Shown: piece by piece, positions 38,111 through 47,040 of the stretch
Numbering within the stretch: the first letter of the stretch is position 1
Layout: each line of letters begins with the position of its first letter
IMG/VR virus record: IMGVR_UViG_3300017950_000006
Span: 1 to 64,000 of that record
Reading direction: 5' to 3' (one strand)
From: a virus
Length of the DNA: 64,000 nt
The notes under the pieces: model-generated
What the model was told of the DNA's origin: nothing
What the model saw: only the letters and a program-made list of their open reading frames with translations
Database searches by the model: none
Translations under genes and position numbers: made by a program

Positions 38111-38551
38111 TTAAGTCTCTAATAGGTTTACAACTTGGAATACTGTTTCTAGTTTTGTGATATTTGTTTTATTTTGAAGTGTATTACGTAATCCTTGGTG
38201 TAAAGGTTTTGGCCATTTTCCAAAACTAGCCCAAGCATACCCATCATGTTCGATATTAAGAGTTGGTAAGAATTCTTCTTTAACAACTATAAGGTATGTA
38301 TGGAAATTAAACTTTTCGTCTGTGCTTACAAATGTTTCTAGGGGAATGGATTTTATAAACTTAGGTGTAGGACCTATTTCTTCGGAAATTTCTCTAGTAA
38401 GAGCATCAAATGGTGTTTCGCCAGAATTACTTCTACCACCTACTAATCCCCAAACTTGAGATTGTTTACTTTGAGTACGGTGTAAGAATAAAAAACGTTT
38501 TGTGTTAAGGGCATAAAATAATGCACCACTACATGATATCTTCTGGCTCAT
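38111..38551 (-). CDS. NUDIX hydrolase
   Basis: Nudix box GRSNSGETPFDALTREISEEIG. Confidence 0.85.
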   Translation of the reverse strand: MSQKISCSGALFYALNTKRFLFLHRTQSKQSQVWGLVGGRSNSGETPFDALTREISEEIGPTPKFIKSIPLETFVSTDEKFNFHTYLIVVKEEFLPTLNIEHDGYAWASFGKWPKPLHQGLRNTLQNKTNITKLETVFQVVNLLET

Positions 38552-38560
38552 ATATATAGT

Positions 38561-38566
38561 TATTTA
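38561..38566 (-). promoter_or_regulatory. TAAATA late-promoter-like motif in front of NUDIX-hldE-hldD
   Basis: TATTTA on the + strand, 9 nt upstream of the NUDIX start, overlapping the upstream stop codon. Confidence 0.5.
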
Positions 38567-39982
38567 AAACTGTATACGCCAAGTGCCGTTTCGATATTCG
38601 CCTTCGAATGATAAAACCCATTCACTGCCAGTCCATTTATATTGGACTCCAGTATTTAAGTTAGTAGTGTATTTGATATTTGTTTCAGTACTTGAATCAA
38701 ATAATACTTCCCATTTCGAACCTGTCCATTCAATAATATCATTTTCGCCTGCAATAAGATCAGTGTTATCGGTGTTTTTCCAAGCAACCGGACCACTAGC
38801 ATTACTAGCATCACCGATACTACCTAACAGTAATATTCTTACTCCTGGATTTTTAATATTTGATGGATTATAAGTTTTTGGATCGATAATATAATCAATT
38901 TTATTTCTATCGCCAGTTGAGCCTGCAATAACCGTGTCACTAGGAATAGTATCACTATCCCAAGTAATTGCTAGTTTAGTATCATCATTAGGATTAATTG
39001 CAACAGTACCATTAATACTTTGTGATATGTCTTGTCTTGTAAGTTGTAGTTGACTCACACCAGACGTAAATGATCCTGGTAATGAATCTAACAATTCAGT
39101 CCACGGAGTGGAACCAACTACACCTCTATAAATTAATTGTGCTTCGTTACCCATTACAAGTAAATCATAATTATTATACGCAGTAATAGCAAGGCCAGCA
39201 GTATCTTTTCTAGTAGCAGGTTGATTATTATCCGGCTGTGTAGGTTGTTCTGCAAGTTCGTCATTATATCGTTTAAACTCAGGAGTTGATTCTCCTAAGT
39301 CAATAGTTCCGTTGTCTTCGTTAAAGATGCTCATAATAACACTTGTAATAACTCCAAGTTTTTTAACTTTTGCAGGCGGACTAATATAGATAGGAGTTGT
39401 AAATTGTAAACTTCCAACGTCAATCTCACTTTCAGTACCTGTTGGAATACTTCTACCACTCCAAGTAACACCATCTAGATTTACTACACTTAAACTAGTC
39501 CAGTCGATATAATTATCAGTTGTTTGAATCTCTAAACTAGGATTAAACAACATTAGGATCTGCTCCATAATTTGTAATTTTTGATCTGTATTAGTTGACC
39601 AAATATCTGCTGTTACTTGTAATGTATAAGGAGTTGGCATTAAACGTTCTACTGTAACATTTTTACCTTGTGTATTTAAATATTCGTTATTATCTTCATC
39701 ATATGCACGTTCACGCAAATGAACCTTGCTTACGTGTGTAGCATCTGCTAATCGATCACGATCTAATTCTAAACCAGTCATATAAACTGCTATGCGAGGA
39801 GCACTTGGAATTTTATTTTCAGAATTATCTCTAAGGATATGTCCTACTTGTCTAGTAATGTCGCCGTACATAACAGGAATTTGTCTTAAATTCCCATCGC
39901 CATCCTTATAAGAAAAATTACTCATAAGTCTAATCAACTGAGTAATGTATCTTCTTATTTGTCCATCATAAAAATGTTGCAT
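38564..39982 (-). CDS. gp15: Tail terminator / sheath stabiliser, T4 gp15-like, with C-terminal extension
   Basis: FYDGQIRRY, IPVMYG, PRIAVYMTGLELDRDR, MPTPY, QIMEQILMLFNP. Confidence 0.65.
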   Translation of the reverse strand: MQHFYDGQIRRYITQLIRLMSNFSYKDGDGNLRQIPVMYGDITRQVGHILRDNSENKIPSAPRIAVYMTGLELDRDRLADATHVSKVHLRERAYDEDNNEYLNTQGKNVTVERLMPTPYTLQVTADIWSTNTDQKLQIMEQILMLFNPSLEIQTTDNYIDWTSLSVVNLDGVTWSGRSIPTGTESEIDVGSLQFTTPIYISPPAKVKKLGVITSVIMSIFNEDNGTIDLGESTPEFKRYNDELAEQPTQPDNNQPATRKDTAGLAITAYNNYDLLVMGNEAQLIYRGVVGSTPWTELLDSLPGSFTSGVSQLQLTRQDISQSINGTVAINPNDDTKLAITWDSDTIPSDTVIAGSTGDRNKIDYIIDPKTYNPSNIKNPGVRILLLGSIGDASNASGPVAWKNTDNTDLIAGENDIIEWTGSKWEVLFDSSTETNIKYTTNLNTGVQYKWTGSEWVLSFEGEYRNGTWRIQF

Positions 39983-41145
39983 TAATTATCTGCCTTAGGT
40001 CTAAGTGCTTGTGAAAGACTTTGTCTTTCTTCTACTTGTTCACCATTAATATCTGATGTTTTAGTATTATTAATAAAGTCTGTCTTATATGTATTTCTAT
40101 CATTAGTATTTGTCATAGTCATACGTACTTGATCTTCCATCTTAACCCATCTTGTTCCATCGAAGCGGAATAAGCGTTTAGGCAAAAAGTCTGTTCTTAA
40201 ATAATAGTCACCTTTAGTAGTAGTTAGCGGGAATGATGTTCCAAAACCAAATGCTTCACCGTTAGGCGGAATACCGTCACCGATTAAGTAACCTTGATAT
40301 CCTTCTCTTTCTGGTGTTTCGTTTACTCTACTTGCATCAATGTTACCATTAGCAATACTAGCATCAATAAGTGTTTCGTCTGCACCCACAAGTTCTGGCT
40401 TACCTTCTGCATCAACTTGTAATGTATAAAGAGATGTTGTATCATAACCTGACTTAGGTGCATCGGCTTCTGCTTGATCTAATATAGCATTATTAATTTG
40501 CATTTCTTTTTCGTATGTACTAAGCACATCACGTAATGTATTAGTACTTCCTTCTTCTGCCGGTAAATCAAGTATATCTTTAAACTCTTGAGAGTCAACT
40601 ATTTGTTTTAATTTAACTCTATATAAATGTGGATACCAAGTTTGTGTAAATCCTTCTGCGGCCCTGTTTACATCTTCTACAACATAAAAACGTTTCAATG
40701 CTACACTATAATCATTAAGTGCATTTTCGTCTTTTAAGTGAGGTAATTCAAATACGTCACCTGGCATTACTTTTCTGCCTAACGTTTTTACACTATAATT
40801 GATCGGTATGGTCATAAACAATGTGTCGTTGGTTAAGAATAAACCAAATTGGCTCATATCAAAGTCAACATCTTGTACATTGTAAATACCTCGAATTACG
40901 TAAACATCTGGATCATATTTTCTATCACGGTTTTCCATGAATAACATATCTTGAATGTTAGTTTCTTTTACAGCATCGTAATGAGGCTGTGACGGAGTAG
41001 CATCTGCTTCGTCTGGGTTTTTAGGGCCTAAATATTTGTGAACAAATACGTCAGTTCCGCCAACAGTAAACATTTCTGTTACTGTTCTGTCTAGGAACTC
41101 GTAATCGTTGCCCTTTTCTGGTTTGTATAAACTTATCCTTGGCAT
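39982..41145 (-). CDS. Neck protein, T4 gp14-like (head-tail connector)
   Basis: LFMENRDRKYD, MSQFGLFL, PGDVFELP motifs; position between gp13-like and gp15-like genes. Confidence 0.55.
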   Translation of the reverse strand: MPRISLYKPEKGNDYEFLDRTVTEMFTVGGTDVFVHKYLGPKNPDEADATPSQPHYDAVKETNIQDMLFMENRDRKYDPDVYVIRGIYNVQDVDFDMSQFGLFLTNDTLFMTIPINYSVKTLGRKVMPGDVFELPHLKDENALNDYSVALKRFYVVEDVNRAAEGFTQTWYPHLYRVKLKQIVDSQEFKDILDLPAEEGSTNTLRDVLSTYEKEMQINNAILDQAEADAPKSGYDTTSLYTLQVDAEGKPELVGADETLIDASIANGNIDASRVNETPEREGYQGYLIGDGIPPNGEAFGFGTSFPLTTTKGDYYLRTDFLPKRLFRFDGTRWVKMEDQVRMTMTNTNDRNTYKTDFINNTKTSDINGEQVEERQSLSQALRPKADN

Positions 41146-41153
41146 AGTAATAG

Positions 41154-41185
41154 TATTTATCGTTAGATAATCGTTCGCATAAATA
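41154..41185. promoter_or_regulatory. Back-to-back divergent TAAATA late-promoter motifs
   Basis: TATTTA at 41154-41159 (minus strand) and TAAATA at 41180-41185 (plus strand) between divergent neck genes. Confidence 0.65.
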
Positions 41186-41204
41186 CTAATGGAGACTGAA
41201 ACTT

Positions 41205-41954
41205 ATGGCGACACAAAAACAAGAAATATTTGATTATGTAGCGGCTATGCTAGGAAGTGGCATGGTTGATGTTGAACTAGATCCAGTACATTATGAAGTA
41301 GGATTGCAAGCGGCATTTGACAAATATCGTCAACGTTCAGATAATTCTGTAGAAGAATCTTATGCATTCTTAACTACTGTAATTGATCAGAACGAGTATA
41401 CTTTAGATCCAAACATTATGGAAGTTCGCCAAATTTTCCGTAGATCAATTGGGTCAAGAACAGGTGGTGGTGATGGCGGAACATTGTTTGAGCCGTTTAA
41501 CTTAGCCTATACAAATACATACTTGCTATCTAGTTCAAATATGGGTGGACTAGCAACTTATAATATGTTTGCAAGTTATCAAGAACTTGTAGGACGTATG
41601 TTTGGATCATTTATTGAATTTAAATGGAACAACACTACTAAAAATCTTACAATTCTTCAACGTCCTAGAGCAGAAGAAGAATTACTTTTATACTGTTACA
41701 ATAAACGACCTGATTCAGAAATATTAAATGACTATCTAGCAAAGCAATGGATTAAAGATTATACACTTGCTAAGTGTAAGTATATGCTAGGTGAAGCACG
41801 TAGTAAATTTGCTACTATTGCTGGTCCACAAGGAGGTTCAACTCTAAATGGCGATGCACTAAAAGCAGAAGCACAGGGCGAAATGGAAAAATTAGAACAA
41901 GATCTAATGACCAATGTTGCCGGCGGCGTTGGCTACGGCTTTACAATTGGCTAG
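41205..41954 (+). CDS. gp13: Neck protein, T4 gp13-like
   Basis: LGSGMVDVEL, WIKDYTLAKCKYMLGEARSKF, GGSTLNGDAL. Confidence 0.7.
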   Translation: MATQKQEIFDYVAAMLGSGMVDVELDPVHYEVGLQAAFDKYRQRSDNSVEESYAFLTTVIDQNEYTLDPNIMEVRQIFRRSIGSRTGGGDGGTLFEPFNLAYTNTYLLSSSNMGGLATYNMFASYQELVGRMFGSFIEFKWNNTTKNLTILQRPRAEEELLLYCYNKRPDSEILNDYLAKQWIKDYTLAKCKYMLGEARSKFATIAGPQGGSTLNGDALKAEAQGEMEKLEQDLMTNVAGGVGYGFTIG

Positions 41955-41961
41955 ATTCAAC

Positions 41962-41990
41962 TTGACATCCTTCACATAAGATTATATACT
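41962..41990 (+). promoter_or_regulatory. Sigma70-type promoter
   Basis: TTGACA (41962-41967), 17-bp spacer, TATACT (41985-41990); then AAGGAG RBS and the ATG at 42016. Confidence 0.8.
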
Positions 41991-42015
41991 ATATACTTCT
42001 AATAAGGAGTTTTAT

Positions 42016-42627
42016 ATGATCATCGGCATTTGCGGTTTAATCGGTTCTGGTAAAGATACAGTTGCCCAATATCTTATTGATAATCACAATTTTCAAAAAA
42101 TCTCGTTTGCAGACAAATTAAAAGATTCTGTTGCTGTTATGTTTGATTGGGATAGAGAATTACTTGATGGAAAAACAGATGAATCAAGACAATGGCGAGA
42201 GACGCAAGACGACTATTGGACTAAAGAAACTGGACGTACAATTACTCCACGCAAAGTGCTTCAAGAATTTGGCACAGAATGTATGCGTAACGGATTCTAT
42301 GATGGAATTTGGGTTAGTTTAACTAAGAAAATACTAATAGATAATAAGAATACAAACTTTGTTATACCTGATGTACGGTTTCCTAACGAAGCACTAATGC
42401 TTACAAAAATGGGCAGTGAATTATGGCGTGTTCGAAGAGGAGCAGATCCTGTATGGTTTAGAATGTATCAAGATATCGGAGTTGAACCAAAGGATGTTCA
42501 TGCATCTGAATGGGCATGGGCAAATTCAAACTTTACACAAATTATTGATAACAACAGTACACTTGATGATCTTAAAAATCAGGTGAAAGGTCACCTTGCT
42601 TCCACTTCACACCTTTCCGTTGCATAG
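42016..42627 (+). CDS. Deoxynucleoside monophosphate kinase (T4 gp1-like)
   Basis: IIGICGLIGSGKDT P-loop, SFADKLK, TPRKVLQEFGTE, VIPDVRFPNE, HASE. Confidence 0.9.
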   Translation: MIIGICGLIGSGKDTVAQYLIDNHNFQKISFADKLKDSVAVMFDWDRELLDGKTDESRQWRETQDDYWTKETGRTITPRKVLQEFGTECMRNGFYDGIWVSLTKKILIDNKNTNFVIPDVRFPNEALMLTKMGSELWRVRRGADPVWFRMYQDIGVEPKDVHASEWAWANSNFTQIIDNNSTLDDLKNQVKGHLASTSHLSVA

Positions 42628-42904
42628 CAATTTGACAGTTAGCACAAATAGTTTTTAAATTAGCAGGTCTACAATTTTCTAAGTTTCCGTCTATATGATA
42701 GACTCTTAATTGTTCTTTATATTCTGCTTTAAACCCGCATTTTTCACATTCGGGTTTTTGTCGATATCCTGATTGATGCCATCGAGGTTTCTTAGGTGTT
42801 CCGTTGCGTAAACATCTATCACATTTAGTTCTATAAAACGTTTTGTTGTGTTTTTTATAATTAACGGCTACAGGCCTCTGTCCACAACTGCATAAAGGTC
42901 TCAT
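42572..42904 (-). CDS. Zn-finger / HNH-like protein, possibly catalytically degenerate
   Basis: CSC, CDRC, CEKC, VYHIDGNLEN...NLKTICANCQ; TAAATA at 42909-42914 on the minus strand. Confidence 0.7.
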   Translation of the reverse strand: MRPLCSCGQRPVAVNYKKHNKTFYRTKCDRCLRNGTPKKPRWHQSGYRQKPECEKCGFKAEYKEQLRVYHIDGNLENCRPANLKTICANCQIAMQRKGVKWKQGDLSPDF

Positions 42905-42971
42905 ATTGTATTTAGCATACCTTTTTCTGCCCTTTTTCGACGGTAATATAATGTCCTTTTTGAGTGAAACA

Positions 42972-42979
42972 TATAAATA
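42972..42979 (+). promoter_or_regulatory. Perfect T4 late promoter TATAAATA
   Basis: Exact octamer upstream of the sheath gene (AGGAG RBS, ATG at 43023). Confidence 0.8.
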
Positions 42980-43022
42980 CTATTGACAGAACAAAGTTTA
43001 AAGTTCAACAGGAGAACACAAG

Positions 43023-46000
43023 ATGGCAAACTTAGTATCACCAGGAGTATCGGTCAGCGTAATTGACGAAAGTTTTTATACGCCCGCTGAGCCAGGTACT
43101 ACCCCAATGATTTTCGTTGCTACTGCACAGGATAAAGCCAATGCAAGTGGCACAGGTACAGCAAGAGGAACTACACAAGCAAATGCAGGTGTACCTTTCT
43201 TGTTAACATCGCAAAGAGATCTTTCAGAGACTTTTGGCGATCCGTTATTTTATACAGATAACAACAACAATCCAATTCACGGTGGAGAACTTAATGAATA
43301 CGGATTGCAAGCGGCATACTCATACTTAGGCGTAAGTAACAGAGCGTGGGTCGTAAGAGCAGATATTAATCTAGGCGAACTGCAAGCAAGTGCAACAGCA
43401 CCAGCGGCTGATCCAGAAGATGGAACACAATGGTTCGACACACAAGTTTCAAAATTTGGTATTTTTGAATGGAATGGTAACTCTGTATCATCTACAGGCG
43501 GACAAACGTTCACTAACAAAGTACCTACAGTAATTACAGACAATACTAAACTAGTAGGTAATAGCAATACTGGCGTTCCGAAGACTTCTGTTGGACAGGC
43601 GGGCGACTATGTTGTTGTTGCAACAACTACTATAAACAAAGTATACTATAAAGCATCTACAGGTGAATGGGTTAAAGTAGGTTCTGACAATTGGGTAGCA
43701 TCTTGGCCCACAGTTGTTGGTACTGTAAGCAATCCAACTTTCACAGGTGACTTTACTATCAATGGTACAACAGTTACTGGTGGTGGAACACTTGCAGACT
43801 TAGTTTTAGACATTAATAACGATGCTACTTTACAAACAGCAGGTATTACTGCTAAAGCAGTTAACAGCAAGTTAGAAATTTATTCAACAGGTGTAGCAGT
43901 TGTTATTGCTGATCCAAACAGCAACATTGTTGCAGGATTAGGTTTAACAGCGGCAACTTACCAAGCACCGAAATTAAGTATTGCTCCGCATACAAGCATT
44001 CCAGAATACAAGTCAACAGATACTAATCCACGTCCAAGTGGATCTGTTTGGTTTAAGACTACAGATGCTAACCAAGGTGCAAACTTAAATGTTAAAACAT
44101 TTAACGCAACAACTGGTTTGTGGGAAAAGAAAGATGTTCCGATTTATGCGAACAACGCTTCTGCACTAGAAAAACTAGATTCAACAGGTGGTGGCAAGAA
44201 CTTATCAATTGATACTTACTATGCACAAACTAATGTTGTTGAAGGTAGTGACGCAGAGTTTGATTTTAAAATCTTCAAACGTGCAACGGCTGGATCAACA
44301 GCAGTTGTATCAAGCATTATTCCTTCAAGTGGTGTTGCGGCAAGCACATATACATTTACAGTGGCTGAAACACTAGTTAATGATGCAGACTTTACTACAC
44401 CAGTAACAGTTAGCATAATTACTACTGGCGCGGCAGGCGACGCTGATGAAATTGCAGGACAAATTAACTCAGCAGGTTTAACAAATGTTATTGCTTCAGT
44501 TGACGCACAGAACAGAGTTGTTATTGAACATACATTAGGCGGTGATATTAGATTTGTTGACACAGACGGATTGCTTAACCTTATTGGTTATGCACCTTAC
44601 GTAAGTGCAACATCTGGTACTGCTAACTTATACTTTGTTCCAGGTACAGACGGTGATACAAATCCAGAACAGTACATGGCATCAAACTGGAGAGTATTAT
44701 CATATACTGCAAGTGAAGATGCTCCAAATGCACTAGCATCAGATGGTCAACTATGGTACAATTCAATTGTTGACGAAGTTGATATGCTAATTCATAATGG
44801 TACTAACTGGGTAGGTTATCAAAATTATCAGTCAGGTAGCATTGATTACGCCGACACTTCACCAGCAGGTCCAATTGTTTCAGCAACTGAGCCAACACAA
44901 CAATCAGATGGTTCTGATTTAGTTGAAGGTGATCTTTGGATTTCAACAGCAGACTTAGAAAATTATCCACTAGTTTATCAGTATAACTTTACTACTAAAA
45001 AGTGGACACTAAGAGATAGTTCAGATCAATCAACTGACAACGGTATTTTATTTGCAGATGCACGTTATAATACAGCAGGTGCAAATAGTGACGAAGCAGG
45101 TGATATTACAGATCTACTAGCAAGCGATTACTTAGATCCAGACGCTCCAGATCCAGCATTATATCCAAAAGGTATGTTGCTTTGGAATTTAAGACGTTCA
45201 GGATTTAATGTTAAGAAATTTGTACGTAACTACATTGACACTACAGAAGATAACGGACGTGGTAGCGATGATGGTTCTTCAATGGATGCTTACTATCCAC
45301 ACAGATGGGTAACTGAAAGTGCTAACCAAGCAGACGGTTCAGGTTCATTTGGTAGAAAAGCACAGCGTAAAGTTATTGTACAATCATTCCAAGCAATGGT
45401 TAATAGCAATGATGACATTAGAGATAATGAATCACGTATCTTTAACTTAATGGCAACACCAGGATATCCAGAACTAATTGGCGAAATGATTTCACTAAAC
45501 TATGACAGAGGCTTAACTGCGTTTGTTGTTGGTGATTCTCCATTCAGACTAAAAAGCGATGGTACTACATTAAACAACTGGGCAACTAACGTTGCAGGTG
45601 CAGTTGAAGATAATGATCAAGGTCTAGTAAGTAATGACGAATACCTAGGTATTTTTTACCCAAGTTTATTCACAAGCGACAATGCAGGAAATAACGTAGT
45701 TGTTCCAGCATCGCATGGTATACTAAGAACTATTGCACTAAGTGACAATGTTTCTTATCCATGGTTTGCACCAGCAGGAACTAGAAGAGGCGGCATTACA
45801 AATGCTACTTCCGCAGGTTACATTGATGCAGAAGGTGAATTTAAAACTGTTGCACTTAACGAAGGTCAAAGAGATACATTGTACAGCAGTGCAGTTAATC
45901 CGATTACATTCTTAACTGGTTCTGGACTTGTTAACTTTGGTCAAAAGACAAGAGCAAGAAACGCTAGTTCTTTAGATAGAATTAACGTTGCACGTTTAGT

Positions 46001-46292
46001 AATTTACTTACGTTCACAATTGAACAAACTTGCTAAACCATATATCTTTGAACCTAATGATAAGATCACTAGGGATGAGATTAAACAGCAAGTTGATAGT
46101 TTAATGCTAGAACTTGTAGGACAAAGAGCGTTATATGATTTCCTAGTAGTGTGTGATGAATCAAACAACACACCAAATAGAATTGATCGTAACGAGTTAT
46201 ATGTAGATATAGCGATTGAACCAGTAAAAGCAGTAGAATTTATTTACATTCCACTAAGACTTAAAAATACTGGTGAGATAGCGGGCCTATAA
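43023..46292 (+). CDS. gp18: Tail sheath protein (long, with inserted domains)
   Basis: LVSPGVSVSVIDES, PWFAPAGTRRG, RDTLY...NPI, GQKT, LDRINVARL, FEPND..TR, VCDESNNTP..IDRNEL, PVKAVEFIYI. Confidence 0.93.
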   Translation: MANLVSPGVSVSVIDESFYTPAEPGTTPMIFVATAQDKANASGTGTARGTTQANAGVPFLLTSQRDLSETFGDPLFYTDNNNNPIHGGELNEYGLQAAYSYLGVSNRAWVVRADINLGELQASATAPAADPEDGTQWFDTQVSKFGIFEWNGNSVSSTGGQTFTNKVPTVITDNTKLVGNSNTGVPKTSVGQAGDYVVVATTTINKVYYKASTGEWVKVGSDNWVASWPTVVGTVSNPTFTGDFTINGTTVTGGGTLADLVLDINNDATLQTAGITAKAVNSKLEIYSTGVAVVIADPNSNIVAGLGLTAATYQAPKLSIAPHTSIPEYKSTDTNPRPSGSVWFKTTDANQGANLNVKTFNATTGLWEKKDVPIYANNASALEKLDSTGGGKNLSIDTYYAQTNVVEGSDAEFDFKIFKRATAGSTAVVSSIIPSSGVAASTYTFTVAETLVNDADFTTPVTVSIITTGAAGDADEIAGQINSAGLTNVIASVDAQNRVVIEHTLGGDIRFVDTDGLLNLIGYAPYVSATSGTANLYFVPGTDGDTNPEQYMASNWRVLSYTASEDAPNALASDGQLWYNSIVDEVDMLIHNGTNWVGYQNYQSGSIDYADTSPAGPIVSATEPTQQSDGSDLVEGDLWISTADLENYPLVYQYNFTTKKWTLRDSSDQSTDNGILFADARYNTAGANSDEAGDITDLLASDYLDPDAPDPALYPKGMLLWNLRRSGFNVKKFVRNYIDTTEDNGRGSDDGSSMDAYYPHRWVTESANQADGSGSFGRKAQRKVIVQSFQAMVNSNDDIRDNESRIFNLMATPGYPELIGEMISLNYDRGLTAFVVGDSPFRLKSDGTTLNNWATNVAGAVEDNDQGLVSNDEYLGIFYPSLFTSDNAGNNVVVPASHGILRTIALSDNVSYPWFAPAGTRRGGITNATSAGYIDAEGEFKTVALNEGQRDTLYSSAVNPITFLTGSGLVNFGQKTRARNASSLDRINVARLVIYLRSQLNKLAKPYIFEPNDKITRDEIKQQVDSLMLELVGQRALYDFLVVCDESNNTPNRIDRNELYVDIAIEPVKAVEFIYIPLRLKNTGEIAGL

Positions 46293-46324
46293 CATGATAA
46301 ATAATATTAATAGGAGCAAATAAA

Positions 46325-46954
46325 ATGGCAATTTCATCACTCTCAAGATTAACAGTGCCTTTGGATAGTAACGCGAGTTCTTCCGCTCAAGGTTTGTTAA
46401 TGCCAAAACTGCAATACCGCTTTAGGGTATCGCTAGAAAACTTTGGTGTAAGTACACCAACTACTGAATTAACCAAACAGGTAGTTGATGTTACAAGACC
46501 TAACGTTTCATTCGAACAGATTACACTTGATGTATATAACTCACGTGTGTACCTAGCAGGTAAACACACTTGGGAACCAATTACACTTAACTTACGTGAA
46601 GATGTTTCAAACAATGTTCAGAAACTTGTAGGCGAGCAACTACAGAAGCAATTCGACTTCTTCGAACAGTCGAGTGCGGCTTCAGGCGCGGATTACAAAT
46701 TCGTTACACGTATCGAAATTTTAGATGGTGGTAACGGAGCGAATACGGCAAGTGTGCTAGAGACTTTTGAATTGTACGGTTGTTATCTTGAGAGTGCAAA
46801 CTACAACTCATTAGCGTATTCAACTAATGATCCTGTAACTGTTGCACTATCTATTAGATACGATAACGCAATTCAAACACCACAAGGTACTGGTATTGGT
46901 ACTGCTGTAGGCAGAACTGTAAATACTCTAGTTACTGGCGGTGGCGCAAGTTAA
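46325..46954 (+). CDS. gp19: Tail tube protein
   Basis: Directly after the sheath; PKLQYRFRV, YLAGKHTWEPITL, FELYGC, SIRYDNA; GATAAATA at 46296-46303. Confidence 0.8.
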   Translation: MAISSLSRLTVPLDSNASSSAQGLLMPKLQYRFRVSLENFGVSTPTTELTKQVVDVTRPNVSFEQITLDVYNSRVYLAGKHTWEPITLNLREDVSNNVQKLVGEQLQKQFDFFEQSSAASGADYKFVTRIEILDGGNGANTASVLETFELYGCYLESANYNSLAYSTNDPVTVALSIRYDNAIQTPQGTGIGTAVGRTVNTLVTGGGAS

Positions 46955-46977
46955 TTAAAGTTTTAATTAAAAATATT

Positions 46978-47003
46978 AAAGGCGGCTTTATGTCGCCTTT
47001 TTT
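46978..47003 (+). terminator. Rho-independent terminator
   Basis: AAAGGCGGC-TTTAT-GTCGCCTTT stem-loop followed by a T run. Confidence 0.8.
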
Positions 47004-47040
47004 ATTATCTGCGTACTTTTTATATTAGATAAATATTAGT

